DNA of 64,000 nt, from NCBI GenBank assembly GCA_030770535.1, contig JASVEC010000001.1:930001-994000 (forward strand). The letters are read 5' to 3'. The notes beneath the pieces were generated by a model. The model worked only from the letters and a program-made list of their open reading frames with translations. It was not told where the DNA came from and ran no database searches. Positions 60,421 through 64,000 of this stretch are shown here, one piece after another. Position numbers and translations under genes: made by a program. Origin of the DNA: Batkoa obscura (Eukaryota). Numbering within the stretch: position 1 is the first letter of the stretch; every line of letters starts with the position of its first letter.

Positions 60421-61595
60421 TATATAGTTAATAAGTTCCAAGAATTTTCTTTCAAAATTATTAAATTCTCAAAATTTGAAGTTTGAATATGATCGTATTT
60501 CTAGACTTTTACTCCGCTCATTTAAATTATATGAAAAGGTTTAGATAACTGTTTATAAATTGCCTCAATTTATCCAGCTGCCGCTAGTTTATCACTGGTA
60601 TTATATTTAATATGTAATAATTGGAATGCTTAACATTGTTTAAACTCTTCTTTAATTTTAAATCATAGCTATTTTCCACTAACAATTTTTGCCCTTGCTA
60701 TCAGTTTTATATACTAAAATTAAGTGAATTAAGACAATCCACTTAAATTAGTCTCATTACTAATATAGTAGTATATTAATATCTCATGTCATTATTATTG
60801 ACATATTTAAATTCGATGGCTAATATGGTTAATATGGCTAATAGATCTAAAATTATATTGTAACAACTTATAAAACTTATAGTTATTTAATCCCAGAGAT
60901 TAAAAATTAATTAATTAATTACTGTTGACATCAAAGTTCATATAATCGAAGCTTATGAATTACAACAATTAATTGACTGCAAGAAGGGAACCCTACAAGG
61001 TATTAATATATGGTAACTAAAGTCATTTTTATTATTTAAAAGAGAGTAATACATTAATTATTAAGTCTCGTTACAACTATTGATAAAATTTAATAGAAGA
61101 GAATTTTTGTTAATATAGGTTATAAAGAAAATCTTTTAGAATTCAGATTTTTAAAATTTAGGTATAAAAGGAAAGCTGTCTAACTGAGTAATAAATTGGC
61201 TTAAAGAACGTGATTTTTAGGTTATCGCTTCATAGCTTGGAACCATATTTTTGTTTAACTTACCTTTGATTTGATGCTAATTATAACTCCTAAATTTAAC
61301 CAACCATCAAGATTCTTAAATTCCGTTTTACCCAATCATGCATTATTTTTAGGGTATTAGAATTACCCCAAACTGAGTAAATGAAGAGGAACTCAAAGTT
61401 TGACTTTGTATAGAATTGGGCTTTTATAAAATTTACTCATTTCATAATAAACAATTCATCTTTTTTATTTATATTAGAGATCTATCATCTGTCAATATAA
61501 TAAAATCAATACATAAATTTAGGTCTCCACAATTTAAAATTGACTATTAATCTCAACTTAAGTTTGCTCTTTATAATAAGGGTTGTCGAGTTAAC

Positions 61596-62950
61596 ATGTC
61601 TTTATTTAACAAATTTGTAAGCCTTTTTCTATTACCAAAATGTTAATATTAACAACAATTAGAATTCTTTATCTAAATGGGTAAAATTATCAATAATATC
61701 CTCTTTTTTACAAATATTGGTTATTTGTAGTTTGGAAGGGGTGATATTTGAGTTTGTTTATCGTTATATAAGTACAATTCCAACCTCCATTCCAAATGGT
61801 GAAAGAGGACAAGCAGCGAAGAATTTTAAAGCTCTACCTACTTATTTCAGTTTATTTTTATTGGCACAATTCTTTCAATTCATACTATGTGTTGACGCTG
61901 TAAGGTTTTATTGATTTTGTGATATTGTTTAATCATTCTTTTAGGCACTATATCAAAATACAATCCAAATTTCAATGTTAGCACTGTTCAATTTCTTACT
62001 TTTATTTTATGCATGTACTCAATTATACCAAACAATTAGTTTAAAAGGGGATATTAGTGGAATAATACTACAACAAAAATTGGATGAGCTACCGAGTACA
62101 GCCACAATCATTAATTTGGAAATAAGTATAATAGTCATTTTAGTATTATTTGCAACTTCATTTGCTTTTGTTGCTTACAAGCTTTATCAAGAATATGGAT
62201 GGAATTTATACAAACGTATTGGGGCCGATTTACAATTGAAAAGTAAATATACATTAACAATAATATGATAAGTGATAACATTTGATTAGGAATGTTTATG
62301 GTTTACCACGTTTTTGTAATGATATTAAAATTTGATATTTTATTCTTTATATCATTTTCAACACAATATCTCGTACTCGTTCTTTACCCCGAAAATAACC
62401 TTTCAACTAGTTTTATAGTACATCTCACTGTTTCGTTGGGTATCTGTATTGTATTGTCCTCTCTTGCATTTTGGTCAGTAAGTATAACTAAACTGTTTTT
62501 TAAATTAGCACTAAAAGTAATACTCAGGTACGTACTGAAAGTAAATATGGGATAGCTGCATTTGCAGTTGGATGTATAGGGGTTTTGGGATACTTTATTA
62601 GTAAATTATATGACATTTATCTAAAAGGAAGTGATTCGGAACGTGCGGAGAGGTTTGGATCATCCAGGATAACTCTAACTGTATTTATAACTTTTTGTAT
62701 ATTATTTTCAATAGTAATTTTATTTAATTACAATTTCATCAAATGGTAACAATATTTTTAGCTGACAGTAATTGGTTCTATATTTTGTTATCGTAATTTT
62801 GGCCGTGGACTCAAAGATATAAGTAATGAATTTTTGATATTTATTTTATACATATTTATTTTGAGTTTAGTTAATAATAATCACCACGGTAAACTACTTC
62901 CAGATGAAAGAGCAAATACACGTAGTAATTCTAGATGGTCTTTAGATTAG
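61596..62950 (+). CDS. UPF0658-like multi-pass membrane protein (multi-exon)
   Basis: LYQEYGWNLYKRIGAD, LKFDILFFISF and NFGRGLK motifs over short exons; start position is tentative. Confidence 0.75.
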
Positions 62951-63702
62951 AAAGCTCTAAAATTTCAATTGAATATTAGAATGTATAAATATTCAAACGC
63001 AACTTATTTTTAATATACACAACTAATTTATATAAGTGAGGTTATGGAAGAGTAATACTCGAATTTAGTTTGCTATTTATTGTTGATATTATTTTTTAAT
63101 TCTTAAATAGTGGAAGACATTAATCAAATACATTTTTTTATAATAAAGTAGTTTAAATAATAGTAATCGTATTTTTAGTTTTAAGTTTAATATGATGTTG
63201 TTTTAGTAAAAATTGTACTTATGAATATTATTTGTATTCAATAACTAAATAATATTACCATAGAGTTGTAACAAACCATTAATAGAAATGAAAAAAGGTA
63301 ACCAATAGTTAATAATGCCCTCTTTGACTTATCACCCCCTCCTGATCTTGATAATTTCATCTTTATTACCTGGATTAAACATGAAGCCCCAGCGATCTTT
63401 GAACTCAAGAAATAGTTAAATATAACATAAAATTAAACCTGATTTTACCATGAATCAATGTTAAATACAGTCTAAATTTAAAATTTTATTGCTCATTAAA
63501 TTGTTTAATAATTAAAAATGATAAACCATCCTATTTTATCCAAATTCCAGCTATTTCAGGCATAATAAAAATACAATACAATTTTAATATACTTTATTTC
63601 TATATTATTTCTATATTGTTTTAACTTTATTACAAAAAATTCTAATGGATTTTTCATTTTATGCTATACTTTTTTACTCACTATCGTTTGAAAATAAAGA
63701 AC

Positions 63703-64000
63703 TTAATCATCCGATTCATTTTCGTCTGACTCATTCTCTTCTGATTCATCTTCATTAGATTCACTTTCTTCTGATTTACTTTCATTTGACTCGTTATCTT
63801 CTGATTCATCATCTTCTGATTCATCATCTTCTTGGTCAGTTCCTTCATCTTTACCAAAGAAATCATCATTATCAATATTACCTTTAGGTTCTTCAGTTTC
63901 TTCTAATAATCTCATTTAGATTTCATCTTATAACAATTTAATCATTTTACCTTTAACGGAACCAGCAGTAGTAGTATCATCCTTTTTAGAAAATGTGGTG
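63703..64000 (-). CDS. 3' end of a gene with an acidic C-terminus (partial)
   Basis: TTFSKKDDTTTAGSVK, intron ~63951-63905, then E/D/S-rich tail to TAA. Confidence 0.65.

Overview
Very AT-rich eukaryotic DNA with short (about 45-75 nt) GT-AG introns. Gene content suggests an early-diverging fungus, possibly Conidiobolus/Entomophthoromycota-like (inference). The first ~26 kb is an accessory-type compartment organised as a giant palindrome. An intact 4-exon Dicer-like gene (8249..13022, minus) sits in the spacer between inverted arms. The arms are near-identical at ~1805..5960 / ~16920..20978, with older mirror homology out to 1 and ~23160. They carry six outward-pointing paralogs of an unrecognised ~220-aa intronless gene that show gene-conversion tracts, plus a mirrored aldo-keto reductase pseudogene and a LINE remnant. 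A ~100-bp TA-flanked MITE occurs about 23 times. Empty sites show a TA duplication, copies show CpG decay, and the element carries an intron-like GT..TACTAAC..AG module followed by an ATG. The rest of the window holds a 7TM receptor, an Hsp20, tRNA-Gly(TCC), an IQ-motif protein, an RRM-less RNPC3 (U11/U12-65K)-like gene missed by the ORF track, a 27-bp-repeat secreted protein, RRP5, a prenylcysteine oxidase and a UPF0658-like membrane protein. All alignments were done by eye, so repeat boundaries are approximate.
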